Assembly: GCA_905234605.1 (NCBI GenBank)
Contig: CAJOIE010000011.1
Coordinates: forward strand, 3,256-67,255
Direction of reading: 5' to 3'
Source of the DNA: an uncultured Bacteroidaceae bacterium
GTDB taxonomy: Bacteria; Bacteroidota; Bacteroidia; Bacteroidales; Bacteroidaceae
Length of the DNA: 64,000 nucleotides
Positions 40,579-49,900 of the stretch are shown in pieces. The notes below the pieces were generated by a model. The model was not told the origin of the DNA. It searched no databases and worked only from the letters and a program-made list of their open reading frames with translations. Positions within the stretch are counted from its first letter, which is position 1. The number at the start of each line of letters is the position of its first letter. Made by a program: the position numbers and the translations under genes.

Positions 40579-41622
40579 CTATGCCGTAGCCTGGGCGTAG
40601 GTGCGCCATTTGGTGAGTAGCTGTTTCAGGTCGGCAGGCAGCTCGGAGGTGAAGTAGAGCTGCTGTCCGCTTGTGGGATGGGTGAAGCCCAGTGTGCGCG
40701 CATGGAGTGCCTGGCGCGGGCACAGGGCAAGGGCGTTCTGGACGAAGGCTCGGTACTTGGCCGTAGGCTGTCCGCGCAGTATCTCGGTGCCTCCGTAGCG
40801 CTCGTCGGCAAAAAGAGGGTGGCCTATGTGGCGCATGTGTGCACGTATCTGGTGCGTGCGCCCCGTCTCCAGGCGGCACTCAATCCATGTCACGGGGCCG
40901 AAGCGTTCCTCCACGCGCCAGTGTGTCACGGCCGGCTTGCCCACTTCGCTGTCGGGAGGGAACACGGCCATGCGCAGGCGGTCGCGCGGGTCGCGGCCGA
41001 TGTTGCCTTCGACGGTGCCATGGTCGGTGTCGAAGCCTCCCCACACTAAGGCGTTATACTCGCGGCGTGTCGACTTGACGTAGAACTGGTGGCAGAGACG
41101 TGTCTTGGCATCGGCCGTCTTGGCCACCACGAGCAGGCCGCTCGTGTCCTTGTCGATGCGGTGGCAGAGGCCCACGGAGGGGTCGTTGGGGTCGTAGGAG
41201 GGCAGGTCGCGCAGGTGCCATGCCAGGGCGTTGACGAGGGTGCCGCTGTAGTTGCCGCAGCCTGGATGCACCACCATGCCGGCCGCCTTGTTGACCACGA
41301 GCAGCTGGTCGTCCTCGTAAACTATGTCAAGCGGAATGTCCTCAGCCACCACCTCGGTCTCGAAGCGCGGGTGGTCGAGCATGAGGGTCACCACGTCGAG
41401 GGGCTTGACGCGGTAGTTGCTCTTCACGGGGCAGTCGTTGACATGTATGTAGCCCGCTTCTGCCGCGCGCTGGATGCGTGCGCGGCTGGTGTCGTGCAGA
41501 TGCTCCATGAGGAATTTGTCCACACGTAGCAGTGTCTGCCCCTTGTCGGCCACGACGCGGCGGTGCTCATAGAGCTCGCTGTCGGGCAGGTCGGTGTCGA
41601 GTGCGCTGTCGTCGGCTGCCAT
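40579..41622 (-). CDS. rluD: 23S rRNA pseudouridine synthase, RluD/RluA family
   Basis: An S4-like N-terminus (...LRVDKFLMEHL...SRARIQRAAEAGYIHVN...) is followed by the catalytic ...HRIDKDTSGLLVVAK... and ...GRTHQIRAHM.... I trimmed the start to ATG 41622. Confidence 0.85.
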   Translation of the reverse strand: MAADDSALDTDLPDSELYEHRRVVADKGQTLLRVDKFLMEHLHDTSRARIQRAAEAGYIHVNDCPVKSNYRVKPLDVVTLMLDHPRFETEVVAEDIPLDIVYEDDQLLVVNKAAGMVVHPGCGNYSGTLVNALAWHLRDLPSYDPNDPSVGLCHRIDKDTSGLLVVAKTADAKTRLCHQFYVKSTRREYNALVWGGFDTDHGTVEGNIGRDPRDRLRMAVFPPDSEVGKPAVTHWRVEERFGPVTWIECRLETGRTHQIRAHMRHIGHPLFADERYGGTEILRGQPTAKYRAFVQNALALCPRQALHARTLGFTHPTSGQQLYFTSELPADLKQLLTKWRTYAQATA

Positions 41623-41632
41623 GGTGTAGGGC

Positions 41633-42262
41633 TTAGATGTCAGTGTCGGTGTCGGACGGCGTGGTGTCGTCGTCGGCATCCTCTTCATCGTCGGAGAGCA
41701 TGTCGAGCTCGTCCTCGTCGGCATAGCTGCCCACCTGCAGCACTATGACGGCATCCACGGGCACGCGCTCGCCGGCATAGACGTTGCGCCCCATGCATTT
41801 CACGCCGTACACCCAGTCCTTGTCGCCGGCCACGTGCTCGGGCGGACCGAGCTTGAAGCCCATGGCCCGCAGGCGTGCCTCGGCCTCGCGCAGCGAGCTG
41901 TTGTCGGCAATGTCGGGGATGGCCAGGGTGGGGGTGCGCGCGGTGTTGACGGTGAGGTATATCTCGCGACCCGGCTTGACGTGTGCTCCGGCAGCGGGAC
42001 TCTGGTCGAGTATGCTTCCTGCGGGCAGGTGTTTATGGTAGGAGGAGTCGACCACGATGGCTGTCAGCTCCATGCGCGACAGCTCGTAGCGCGCGTCGGC
42101 TTCCATCTTGCCCACTACGCCGGGCACCTCCACGCTCACGCCGTGGCGCGTGTAGGCGGCGATGCCTTGCCATATAGCTATGAGCACTACTATTACCACG
42201 GCCGCCATGGCTGCGATGTTGCCCCAGAGCATGGGGCGTGCCAGTGTCTTGAGTATCTTCAT
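41633..42262 (-). CDS. PASTA domain-containing membrane protein
   Basis: 209 aa with an N-terminal TM helix (NIAAMAAVVIVVLIAIW) and two PASTA-like repeats (...VEVPGVVGKMEADARYEL..., ...LAIPDIADNSSLREAEARLRAMGF...). The C-terminus is acidic. Confidence 0.8.
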   Translation of the reverse strand: MKILKTLARPMLWGNIAAMAAVVIVVLIAIWQGIAAYTRHGVSVEVPGVVGKMEADARYELSRMELTAIVVDSSYHKHLPAGSILDQSPAAGAHVKPGREIYLTVNTARTPTLAIPDIADNSSLREAEARLRAMGFKLGPPEHVAGDKDWVYGVKCMGRNVYAGERVPVDAVIVLQVGSYADEDELDMLSDDEEDADDDTTPSDTDTDI

Positions 42263-42327
42263 GCGGGCTGTTGTTGTGGCGGGTGCATGCCGGCGGCGGT
42301 GTGGTGCCGCGGCCGGCAGGAAAGGGC

Positions 42328-42376
42328 GTAGGGCGCAGACGACGCAACTCGGCGGTGTGCATCATCTGCGCCCTAC
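42328..42376 (-). terminator. Hairpin downstream of rpmH
   Basis: GTAGGGCGCAGA (42328-42339) and TCTGCGCCCTAC (42365-42376) are perfect 12-nt inverted repeats with a 25-nt loop. They lie 67 nt past the rpmH stop. Confidence 0.5.
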
Positions 42377-42442
42377 GGGTGGCGCTGGAGCTCGCTGCGG
42401 CGGGATGGCACGCGTGGTGCCTCTCCAGCTGTGAGATGGGCT

Positions 42443-42598
42443 TTACTTGCCGTGGCGCTCGTCGCTCACGGTGAGCTTCTTGCGGCCTTTGGCACGGCGG
42501 GAGGCCAGCACGCGGCGGCCATTGGCGGTGAGCATGCGTTCACGGAAGCCGTGCTTGTTCTTTCTCTTGCGGTTGTGGGGTTGGAACGTTCTTTTCAT
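42443..42598 (-). CDS. rpmH: 50S ribosomal protein L34
   Basis: Not in the ORF track because it is shorter than 60 aa. Hand translation of the minus strand gives [51 protein letters not shown], the canonical L34 sequence. Confidence 0.92.
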   Translation of the reverse strand: MKRTFQPHNRKRKNKHGFRERMLTANGRRVLASRRAKGRKKLTVSDERHGK

Positions 42599-42648
42599 TG
42601 CAATGTTATGTTGTGTGTATCGTTTTAGCGTCGACTCTTAACGGGCTG

Positions 42649-42656
42649 CAAAAATA
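42649..42656 (-). promoter_or_regulatory. Candidate -7 box TATTTTTG for rpmH
   Basis: The reverse complement of CAAAAATA matches TAnnTTTG and lies 51 nt upstream of the rpmH ATG. Confidence 0.35.
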
Positions 42657-42719
42657 GCCACTTCTTTTCACTCATGCAAGATTTGGTGCCGACTTTTGTG
42701 CTATTACACTAATTTACAC

Positions 42720-42727
42720 TACATTTG
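42720..42727 (+). promoter_or_regulatory. Candidate -7 box TACATTTG for efp
   Basis: It matches TAnnTTTG and lies 105 nt upstream of the efp ATG. Confidence 0.3.
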
Positions 42728-42831
42728 CGGCTGGTTCCGGATGGGCGCAGGCGCACGCTGCTGCTGCGTGGCTTGCAAGAATGTGCCCGCCGGCATGCTG
42801 ACAGGCATTCACCTATTTATAATAAGTATAT

Positions 42832-43398
42832 ATGATCAACTCACAAGACATCAAGAAGGGCACCTGCATCCGCATGGACGGGAAGCTCTATTTCTGCATC
42901 GATTTCCTGCACGTCAAGCCCGGCAAGGGCAACACCATCATGCGCACCACGCTCAAGGATGTTGTCACGGGCAATGTGCTTGAGCGCCGCTTCAACATCG
43001 GCGAGAAGCTCGAGGATGTGCGTGTGGAGCGCCGCCCATATCAGTTCCTCTACATCGAGGGTGAGGACTACATCTTCATGAACAACGAGACCTTCGAGCA
43101 GATACCCATCGCCAAGTCGCTCATCAACGGTGTAGCCTTCATGAAGGAGGGTGAGACCGTGGAGGTGGTCACCGACGCCAGCACCGAGACTGTGCTCTAT
43201 GCCGACGTGCCCGTGAAGGTGCGCCTCGCCATCACATGGACCGAGCCCGGCCTCAAGGGCGACACCGCCACCAACACACTCAAGCCCGCACGTGTGGAGA
43301 CAGGTGCCGAGATACGCGTGCCCCTCTTCATCGAGGAAGGCGAGATTGTCGAGGTCGACACACGCGACGGCAGCTACTTAGGCCGCGTCAAGGCATAA
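42832..43398 (+). CDS. efp: Elongation factor P
   Basis: 188 aa with MINSQDIKKGTCIRMDGKLYFCIDFLHVKPGKGNTIMRTTLKDV..., the canonical EF-P N-terminus with the KPGKG loop. Confidence 0.95.
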   Translation: MINSQDIKKGTCIRMDGKLYFCIDFLHVKPGKGNTIMRTTLKDVVTGNVLERRFNIGEKLEDVRVERRPYQFLYIEGEDYIFMNNETFEQIPIAKSLINGVAFMKEGETVEVVTDASTETVLYADVPVKVRLAITWTEPGLKGDTATNTLKPARVETGAEIRVPLFIEEGEIVEVDTRDGSYLGRVKA

Positions 43399-43401
43399 GT
43401 G

Positions 43402-44454
43402 ATGCTCACCTTCATAGTACCTGTCTACAACCGCCCCGACGAGGTGGACGAACTCCTGCAGAGCCTGTGTGAGCAGACTCTGCGGGAGTTCGACGTTATT
43501 GTGGTGGAAGACGGCAGCGACGTGTCTTGCCGGCAGGTGTGCAGCCGCTACGGGCAGCGTCTGCGTCTCGCTTACTATGCCAAGGAGAACGCCGGCCCGG
43601 GCATGGCGCGCAACTACGGTGCCGAGCGTGCGAGCGGCGACTGGTTCGTGGTGCTCGACTCCGACGTGGTGCTGCCGCCGCACTATGTGGAGAGCGTCGT
43701 GCGCAGTCTGCATGAGATGCCGTGCGACGCCTTCGGCGGTCCCGACCGTGCCCACGAGAGCTTCACGCCCGTGCAGAAGGCCATCAGCTACGCCATGACC
43801 AGCTTCTTCACTACGGGCGGCATACGTGGCAGCCGGCGGGGGCTCGACCGTTTCTATCCACGCTCCTTCAACATGGGCGTGTCGCGGCAGCTGTGGCAGC
43901 AGCTCGGCGGCTTCCGTCCCATGCGTTTCGGCGAGGACATCGACTTCAGCCTGCGCATGGTGGAGGCCGGGGCGCGCACGCGCCTCTATCCCGACGCATG
44001 GGTGTGGCACAAGCGGCGCACCGACCTTGGCAAGTTCTACCGGCAGGTGCGCAACTCAGGCATAGCTCGCATCAACCTCCACATCCTGCATCCTGGCTCG
44101 ACAAAGCTGGTACACTTGTTGCCGGCGGCATTCACCGTGGGCTGCGTGCTGCTGGCGGCCATAGTCCTCATGGGGGCACTGGGGCTTGCCTGTCACGCCA
44201 CACCACTCGGCATCGCGCCTTGCACACTCATCGCCGCAGGGGGGCTGCCCCTCGTGGCATACTCTGTGCTTATCTGTGCCGACTCCACGCTGCGAGCGCG
44301 CAGCCTGCGTGTCGGGCTGCTCTCCGTGCCTGCCGCCTTCATCCAGCTCACGGGCTACGGCAGCGGCTTCATCCATGCCGCCTGGCAGCGCCTCGTGCTG
44401 CGCCGTGGCGGCGAGCACTTCGCCTTCACCGACAACCGCACCTTCTACGCATGA
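43402..44454 (+). CDS. Glycosyltransferase family 2 with C-terminal membrane domain
   Basis: MLTFIVPVYNRPDEVDELLQSLCEQT...VIVVEDGSD..., ...VVLDSDVV... (DXD motif), ...FRPMRFGEDIDFSLR..., followed by 2-3 TM helices. GTG 43399 is an alternative start. Confidence 0.8.
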   Translation: MLTFIVPVYNRPDEVDELLQSLCEQTLREFDVIVVEDGSDVSCRQVCSRYGQRLRLAYYAKENAGPGMARNYGAERASGDWFVVLDSDVVLPPHYVESVVRSLHEMPCDAFGGPDRAHESFTPVQKAISYAMTSFFTTGGIRGSRRGLDRFYPRSFNMGVSRQLWQQLGGFRPMRFGEDIDFSLRMVEAGARTRLYPDAWVWHKRRTDLGKFYRQVRNSGIARINLHILHPGSTKLVHLLPAAFTVGCVLLAAIVLMGALGLACHATPLGIAPCTLIAAGGLPLVAYSVLICADSTLRARSLRVGLLSVPAAFIQLTGYGSGFIHAAWQRLVLRRGGEHFAFTDNRTFYA

Positions 44455-45134
44455 ACATCAAGGACCTGCCGCTGTCCGAGCGGCCACGTGAACGCCTCAT
44501 CGCACTGGGCCCCACGGCCCTGACCGAGGCCGAGCTGCTGGCCATACTCATAGGCTCAGGCAATGCCGGCGAGACAGCCGTGCAACTGTGCCAGCGGCTG
44601 CTGGCCGACTGCGGCGGGAGCCTCAAGCGCGTAGGGCAGCTCTCGCTCTCCGACATCACACAGTCCTACAAGGGGCTGGGTCCTGCCAAGGCCGTTGCCA
44701 TCATGGCGGCCGTGGAGCTCGGACGCAGACGCATGATGGAGAGCGCGGCCGAGAAGCAGACCATAGCCACCACGGCCGATGTCTACGACATCATGCTGCC
44801 GCGCATGGCCGACTTGCAGCATGAGGAGGTCTATGCCCTCTACCTGCGCACCGACCACAGCCTCATCGGGCAGCCGCACCTCGTCAGCCGCGGAGCCATT
44901 GACAGTGCCGTGTGCGACGTGCGCATGGTGCTCCGCGAAGCTCTCATGCGGCAGGCCACAGCCCTCATACTGTGCCACAACCACCCGTCGGGCAACACAC
45001 GGCCATCCACGGCCGACGACCGCCTGACAGACCGCCTCAGGCGTGCCGCCGAGGTCATGGACATACGCCTGCTCGACCACGTCATCATTGCCGATGGAGC
45101 CACATACAGCTACAGCGAGATGGGCAAGCTGTAG
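44451..45134 (+). CDS. radC: RadC-family JAB/MPN domain protein
   Basis: 227 aa with MNIKDLPLSERPRERLIALGPTALTEAELLAILIGSGNAGE... and the JAMM motif ...LILCHNHPSGNTRPSTADDRLT.... The ATG overlaps the GT2 stop (ATGA). The first 243 codons of track ORF 43722..45134 are an out-of-frame overlap with GT2. Confidence 0.85.
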   Translation: MNIKDLPLSERPRERLIALGPTALTEAELLAILIGSGNAGETAVQLCQRLLADCGGSLKRVGQLSLSDITQSYKGLGPAKAVAIMAAVELGRRRMMESAAEKQTIATTADVYDIMLPRMADLQHEEVYALYLRTDHSLIGQPHLVSRGAIDSAVCDVRMVLREALMRQATALILCHNHPSGNTRPSTADDRLTDRLRRAAEVMDIRLLDHVIIADGATYSYSEMGKL

Positions 45135-45164
45135 AAGCAGACCATCCAGGCTGCCTCACCACAG

Positions 45165-45198
45165 CCTCTCTCCCGTGGGAGAGGGGAGAAGTCTCCCC
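45165..45198 (+). terminator. Overlapping G/C-rich hairpins downstream of radC
   Basis: CCTCTCTCCC-gtg-GGAGAGGGG (45165-45186) and GGGGAG-aagt-CTCCCC (45183-45198). The first shares the CCTCTCTCCC...GAGAGGG module with the terminator at 62262. Confidence 0.4.
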
Positions 45199-45263
45199 CC
45201 GACCCCTTTCCCGTGGGATAGTAGATACTAAAAGATTAATATCACTGTTAATATAGCAAGCTA

Positions 45264-45695
45264 ATGGTACAAGAAACAATTCATGAAGGCAATACAGGCA
45301 CGCCTCATGAGACACACGCACCTCAGGGTCATACTCCCCACTCCCACAGGAGAGGGGGCGGTGGTGAGGCTTCCGGGGTTGAGGCTACCACCCTTCTTGA
45401 TAGTGTCGTCGACATGCTGCGCACGGTCTACGACCCCGAGATACCTGTCAACATCTACGACCTCGGCCTCGTGTACCGCATCGACCTGAGCGACGACGTG
45501 CCGCCCGTGCTCAACGTGGACATGACCATGACGGCACCCACGTGCCCCATGGCCGACTTCATCATGGAGGACGTGCGGCAGAAGCTCGCCACCATCGACG
45601 GCCTGGCCGCCGTCAATGTCAACCTCGTGTTCGAGCCCGAATGGGACCGCAGCATGATGAGCGACGAAGCAAAGCTTGAACTTGGCATGATGTAA
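45264..45695 (+). CDS. DUF59 (SufT/PaaD-like) Fe-S assembly protein with a His-rich N-terminal extension
   Basis: The core ...LRTVYDPEIPVNIYDLGLVYRIDL...MTMTAPTCPMADFI... is the DUF59 signature. The N-terminal 35-40 aa (HEGNTGTPHETHAPQGHTPHSH) are extra, and there is no in-frame alternative start before Met51. Confidence 0.8.
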   Translation: MVQETIHEGNTGTPHETHAPQGHTPHSHRRGGGGEASGVEATTLLDSVVDMLRTVYDPEIPVNIYDLGLVYRIDLSDDVPPVLNVDMTMTAPTCPMADFIMEDVRQKLATIDGLAAVNVNLVFEPEWDRSMMSDEAKLELGMM

Positions 45696-45699
45696 GGAT

Positions 45700-46458
45700 A
45701 TGGTATACTTTATCTCCGACGCACACCTCGGTTCGCGTGCCACGCAGCACCGCCGCACGCAGGAACGCCGCCTCGTGGCCTTCCTCGACAGCATCAAGCA
45801 CACAGCCACAGCTGTATACATGCTGGGCGATATGTTCGACTTCTGGCATGAGTACCGCCTCGTGGTGCCCAAGGGCTACACACGCTTCCTCGGCAAGGTG
45901 AGCGAGCTCACCGACATGGGCGTGGAGGTGCACTTCTTCACCGGCAACCACGACATCTGGTGCGGCGACTACCTCGAGAAGGAGTGCGGCGTGCAACTGC
46001 ACCGCGAGCCGGCTACGGTGGAGATAGGCAGTGCGGTGTTCTACCTCGCACATGGCGACGGACTGGGCGACCGCGACCCCAGGTTCCGCTTCCTGCGCGC
46101 ACTCTTCCACTCGCCTGTGGCACAGACGCTCTTTGCCGCGGTGCATCCGCGATGGGGCATGGACTTCGGCCTGGAGTGGGCCAGGCACAGCCGTCTCAAG
46201 CGTGCCGGCGGGCAGGAACCGCCCTACATGGGTGAGGACCGCGAGCCCCTTGTGCGCTTTGCCAAAGCCTACCTTGCTGAGCACACTGAGGTGAACTACT
46301 TCATCTTCGGCCACCGCCACATCGAGCTCGACCTCATGCTCTCCCGCACGGCGCGCATGCTCATCATCGGCGACTGGATAACGCAGTTCACCTACGCTGT
46401 CTTCGACGGCGAACACCTCATCATGGAGCGATACGTGGAGGGGGAGACCAGGCTGTGA
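45700..46458 (+). CDS. lpxH: UDP-2,3-diacylglucosamine diphosphatase
   Basis: MVYFISDAHLG..., ...MLGDMFDFW..., ...FTGNHD... and ...LAHGDGLG... are calcineurin-like metallophosphoesterase motifs in LpxH order. Confidence 0.85.
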   Translation: MVYFISDAHLGSRATQHRRTQERRLVAFLDSIKHTATAVYMLGDMFDFWHEYRLVVPKGYTRFLGKVSELTDMGVEVHFFTGNHDIWCGDYLEKECGVQLHREPATVEIGSAVFYLAHGDGLGDRDPRFRFLRALFHSPVAQTLFAAVHPRWGMDFGLEWARHSRLKRAGGQEPPYMGEDREPLVRFAKAYLAEHTEVNYFIFGHRHIELDLMLSRTARMLIIGDWITQFTYAVFDGEHLIMERYVEGETRL

Positions 46459-46506
46459 GAGAGCCGTGCATAAAGGGCGCGGTGCAGGCGGCAGGCAATA
46501 CACAGA

Positions 46507-46532
46507 AAGGCCCTGCTTCGCAGCAGAGCCTT
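46507..46532 (+). terminator. Hairpin downstream of lpxH
   Basis: AAGGCCCTGCT-tcgc-AGCAGAGCCTT forms an 11-bp stem with one mismatch. Confidence 0.4.
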
Positions 46533-46596
46533 CCTTTCACTTATTATTAAATTACAACTTGGTGCGGGCGCGCGGCCTGCGCCAGATTGCGGGAGT

Positions 46597-46632
46597 AAAA
46601 GGGGGCATTCCTTGGCGGAGATGCCCCCTTTT
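46597..46632. terminator. Bidirectional intrinsic terminator
   Basis: AAAAGGGGGCAT (46597-46608), a 12-nt loop, then ATGCCCCCTTTT (46621-46632). The stem is a perfect 12 bp with A/T runs on both sides. It lies 24 nt after the stop of the 52-codon ORF. Confidence 0.65.
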
Positions 46633-46655
46633 GTTGGGGATGGTCAGAGTGTGGC

Positions 46656-46814
46656 TTACCAGATGCCCTTCACGTCGGCTTCGGCACCTTCCTGGTCCTC
46701 GCCGCCGAGCTCAAGGCCGCTGTTGCCGCCAATGCCCTTGATGGAGGCTGCTATCATGCTCTGCATGGCGTAGGCCTCGGCCTCGATGGCGGGAGCGAAA
46801 TATGTCTTCTTCAT
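46656..46814 (-). CDS. Unannotated small ORF, 52 aa, acidic and Gly-rich, no family recognised
   Basis: Hand translation gives MKKTYFAPAIEAEAYAMQSMIAASIKGIGGNSGLELGGEDQEGAEADVKGIW*. Third-codon positions are mostly G/C, as in neighbouring genes. The ORF is bracketed by a hairpin upstream (46847-46868) and a strong terminator downstream (46597-46632). Confidence 0.45.
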   Translation of the reverse strand: MKKTYFAPAIEAEAYAMQSMIAASIKGIGGNSGLELGGEDQEGAEADVKGIW

Positions 46815-46846
46815 AGTGAGTGGTTGTTTTAATGACCCTCCCCGTG

Positions 46847-46868
46847 CCCCTCCCGCTGTGGGGAGGGG
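46847..46868 (-). terminator. Short G/C hairpin downstream of the T9SS adhesin gene
   Basis: CCCCTCCC-gctgtg-GGGAGGGG, about 50 nt after the stop at 46920. Confidence 0.35.
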
Positions 46869-46919
46869 GCTTGGGGTGAGCCGTGATGATTATTATGTTG
46901 TCTTCTCTCCGGCAGCGGC

Positions 46920-49900
46920 TTATTTGAGCACCTTCTTGCCGCCGATGATGTAGAGGCCCTTCTGGACGCGTGCCACACGCTGGCCGGCGATGTTGAAGAT
47001 GGCGCCCTGCTCAGCCTGGATGCCGTTGATGGCCTGGATGCCGGTGGTGATGCCGTCGATGGCAATCTTCACCTCGCCCACCTCAGTCTTGGGCTCGAGG
47101 TATGCGCGGAAGGCATTGATGCTGTGAGCCGTGGCAGCCTTGTAGAGCTTGCCGCCGTTGATGTAGTAGCTGTCGATGGCTACCTCGGCGGGAGCATAGA
47201 CACCCACGAAGTCGATGTTGGCACCAGTCACGATGGCCTCGTCGGCAGCCACAACCTGCACGCCGCTGAACACCTGCTCGGTGCTGGCTGCGGTGGCCTT
47301 GACGAGCACGGGCACGTTGGCGGAGATGGTATTAACATTGGTGAAGTTGATGGTCACGTTAGAGGCATCCTCGCTGGTCTCGCTGTAGGCATACACCTCA
47401 GCTCCGGTGCCGAAGGCGGCCACCACCTGGGCTGTTGTGAGGTCGAAGGGCAGCACTACAGTGTTGAGGCCCTCCTTGATGTTGCGTGTGATGGTGACGT
47501 TGGCCACTTCGACATCCTCAATGACGTTCTCGGCTGCCTCGTCATAGGCAACAGCCTCGGCGATGTTGTTGGCAGAGAGGAGCTCGCCGTCGGCGATGGA
47601 CATCCACTGATACTGTGTAGAGGCTTCAGCATAGAATGTGATGGTCACCTCAGTCTCCTCATCAAGAGTGAAGGGGAGGAAGCGCCACTGCCAGCCGGCA
47701 CCAGAGTTGCCAACGGCAGCAGCAGGGTCGTTATGGATACCGCCGGTTCTGATGAACTCGTCGTTCTCATCCCAGCTGGCCTTGCCGGCGGTGTTGATAC
47801 CGCGGGTGTTGTTGCCGGCGCAGGGCAGGGAAATAGTGGTGGCGAGAGCCGTGCAGCTTATGGAGCTGGTGACTCCGGCCGATGAGCGGGCTGCAACCTT
47901 CACGACATAGCTGCCGGCGGGCAGTGTGGTGGTCTTGGTGTACTCGATGGTCCAGCCTCCTGCGTTGCTGTAGCCATTGCCGCACTGCTCGTAGTAGGGA
48001 TGAGTAACACCGCTATAGTGCTCCCAGTTGAGTGAGTTGGGGCTATCATCTGTGCGGTCTGCGCCGAGGGTAGCTGTGCCGGTCCATGTGCTGAAGTCGC
48101 CAATCTTGGATGTGAGCGAGTAGGGGTAGCTTGCGGTGGCTTCGTCGTACTGTGCAATATTGAGGTTCTGGACGGCGGTCACAGCCTCGGCAGCGGTGGT
48201 GGGAGCTGGGACATCGAAGTCGGAGCCGAAGAGGGCAATGGTCTCGGCCTTGTATGCCACGTATGCGTCGTAGGAAGCGGCGGCAGCGGTGAAGGCTGTT
48301 GTAGCGTCGATGATGGCGTTGGTGGCTGCAAGGATGGATGCCTTGGTCTCGCCCTCGTCAGCATCCAGAGCTTCGGTGAGTGCTGTGAGCTCGTCGCCGG
48401 TCACGTTGACGTAGGCTTCATCTTCGAGAGCTGCCACAGCTGCGTCAGCAGCCTCAGCGTAGGCTGCTTTATACATGGTGAGGTCGACGTATGCGCCGTA
48501 GTACTTCAGGGTGAAGTCGCGGAAGATGGTCCACTTGTCGGTCTGGGTGTCGGTGTGTTGCTCTCCTCCTCGAGGGAGAACTTGAGGGCCACCTTGCCGT
48601 TGCCATTGTCGAAGTATGTCTTGGCTTCAGCCATGGTATTCACAACGGAAGATTCTACGCCAGGGATGAGCACGCGGTCCTCGCCGGCATAGAAATATGT
48701 ATTGAAGTCACCTTGACCGCCGCGGTGGAAGCCCGTCACGCCGAACTCCCATGTGCCGAGCGGCAGGGTCAGGGTCTGGTAGAACTTGAAGTTCTGCTGG
48801 TAGAACTCACACTCCTCATCGCCCACCTTGCCGAAGCTGTAGTTGCCAACCTGTGTGCCTTCGATGGTCCAGTAGTTGGTGTTCTGACGCACGGAGGCGT
48901 TGTCCACGAGCACGGCGGTCACGTCGATGTAGCTGCCTTCGAGGAATGCCTCACGCAGGCTGACCACGGCGGCGTTGACAGCCTCTGTTGTGATGGCAGT
49001 CTCCACTTCATCGTCGGCAGCGGCAACATCCACATTCTCGGAGACGGCCAAGGCTGCTGCCTTCACGGTCTGATAGCGGGCATAGCTGCTCTGGAGAGCC
49101 TTGGCGGCATTCACCTTCTCAGTAAGAGCTGAGGATGCTGCGCTGATGGCCTCCTCAGTGGTGAGGCTTGCTACGTCGATGCCATCGGCACATTCCTTGG
49201 CTGCATTGTAGGCGGCAGTAGTTGTCGTACTCTCCAAATCGGCAACGGCATCTATCTGCTCCTGAAGAGCCTCACGGAGTGCTGTGAGGTCAACGCCCAG
49301 ATACAGCAGCTGGAAGTTGTCCCAGATACACCAAGTATCGGTACGTGTACCCTTCACGCCAATGGTAAGAGAGCCATCTGTAACGGTCACTTCAATATAG
49401 TCGGTGAAGTACTTCCCAGCAGTGAAACTTGCTGATAATTGGGTCATGCTTGAACCCCGGTCAGATGCGTCCATCTCATTAAACGGAACAGAAGCACTAC
49501 CGGCATAAACCACGGGATAGTTAGCACCATCGTATGCATTGGAATAATCGGTCAATGCGGCCTGAGCACGCAGCTTGTAGTTACCATTGGGAACGGTGAT
49601 GGTCTGGCTCAACGTGAAGGTCGACCGCCAAGACTCAGCACAACAGTTGGTGTTGTTGCCACCACAGAGGTTCTGGTTGCTGGCAACCATCGTCCAAGCA
49701 CCTGTCCAATTGTTATCAGCAACCTTTGTCTCGTTACGGTTGTTGCGGTCGAAGTTGGAATCCAGGATCATGTAAGTGACATCCACGGGATTCTCTGTAG
49801 AAGCACCGGCGTAAGCCTCGTCGTATGCCATAATCTTCCACTGGGCATTAGGATTCGTGGCATCGGTCAGAGTGCTGGCCAGAACATAGCTGCTTCCATC

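Noticed and set aside
42431-42641. Two plus-strand ORFs of about 65 aa (42431..42628 and 42447..42641)
   Set aside because: They are antisense to the unmistakable rpmH (L34) coding sequence on the minus strand.
43722-44450. The N-terminal 243 codons of the 470-aa track ORF that ends as RadC
   Set aside because: This part overlaps the GT2 gene in another frame and is Arg/Pro/Ala/His-rich. The RadC homology starts exactly at ATG 44451 (MNIKDLPLSERPRERL...).
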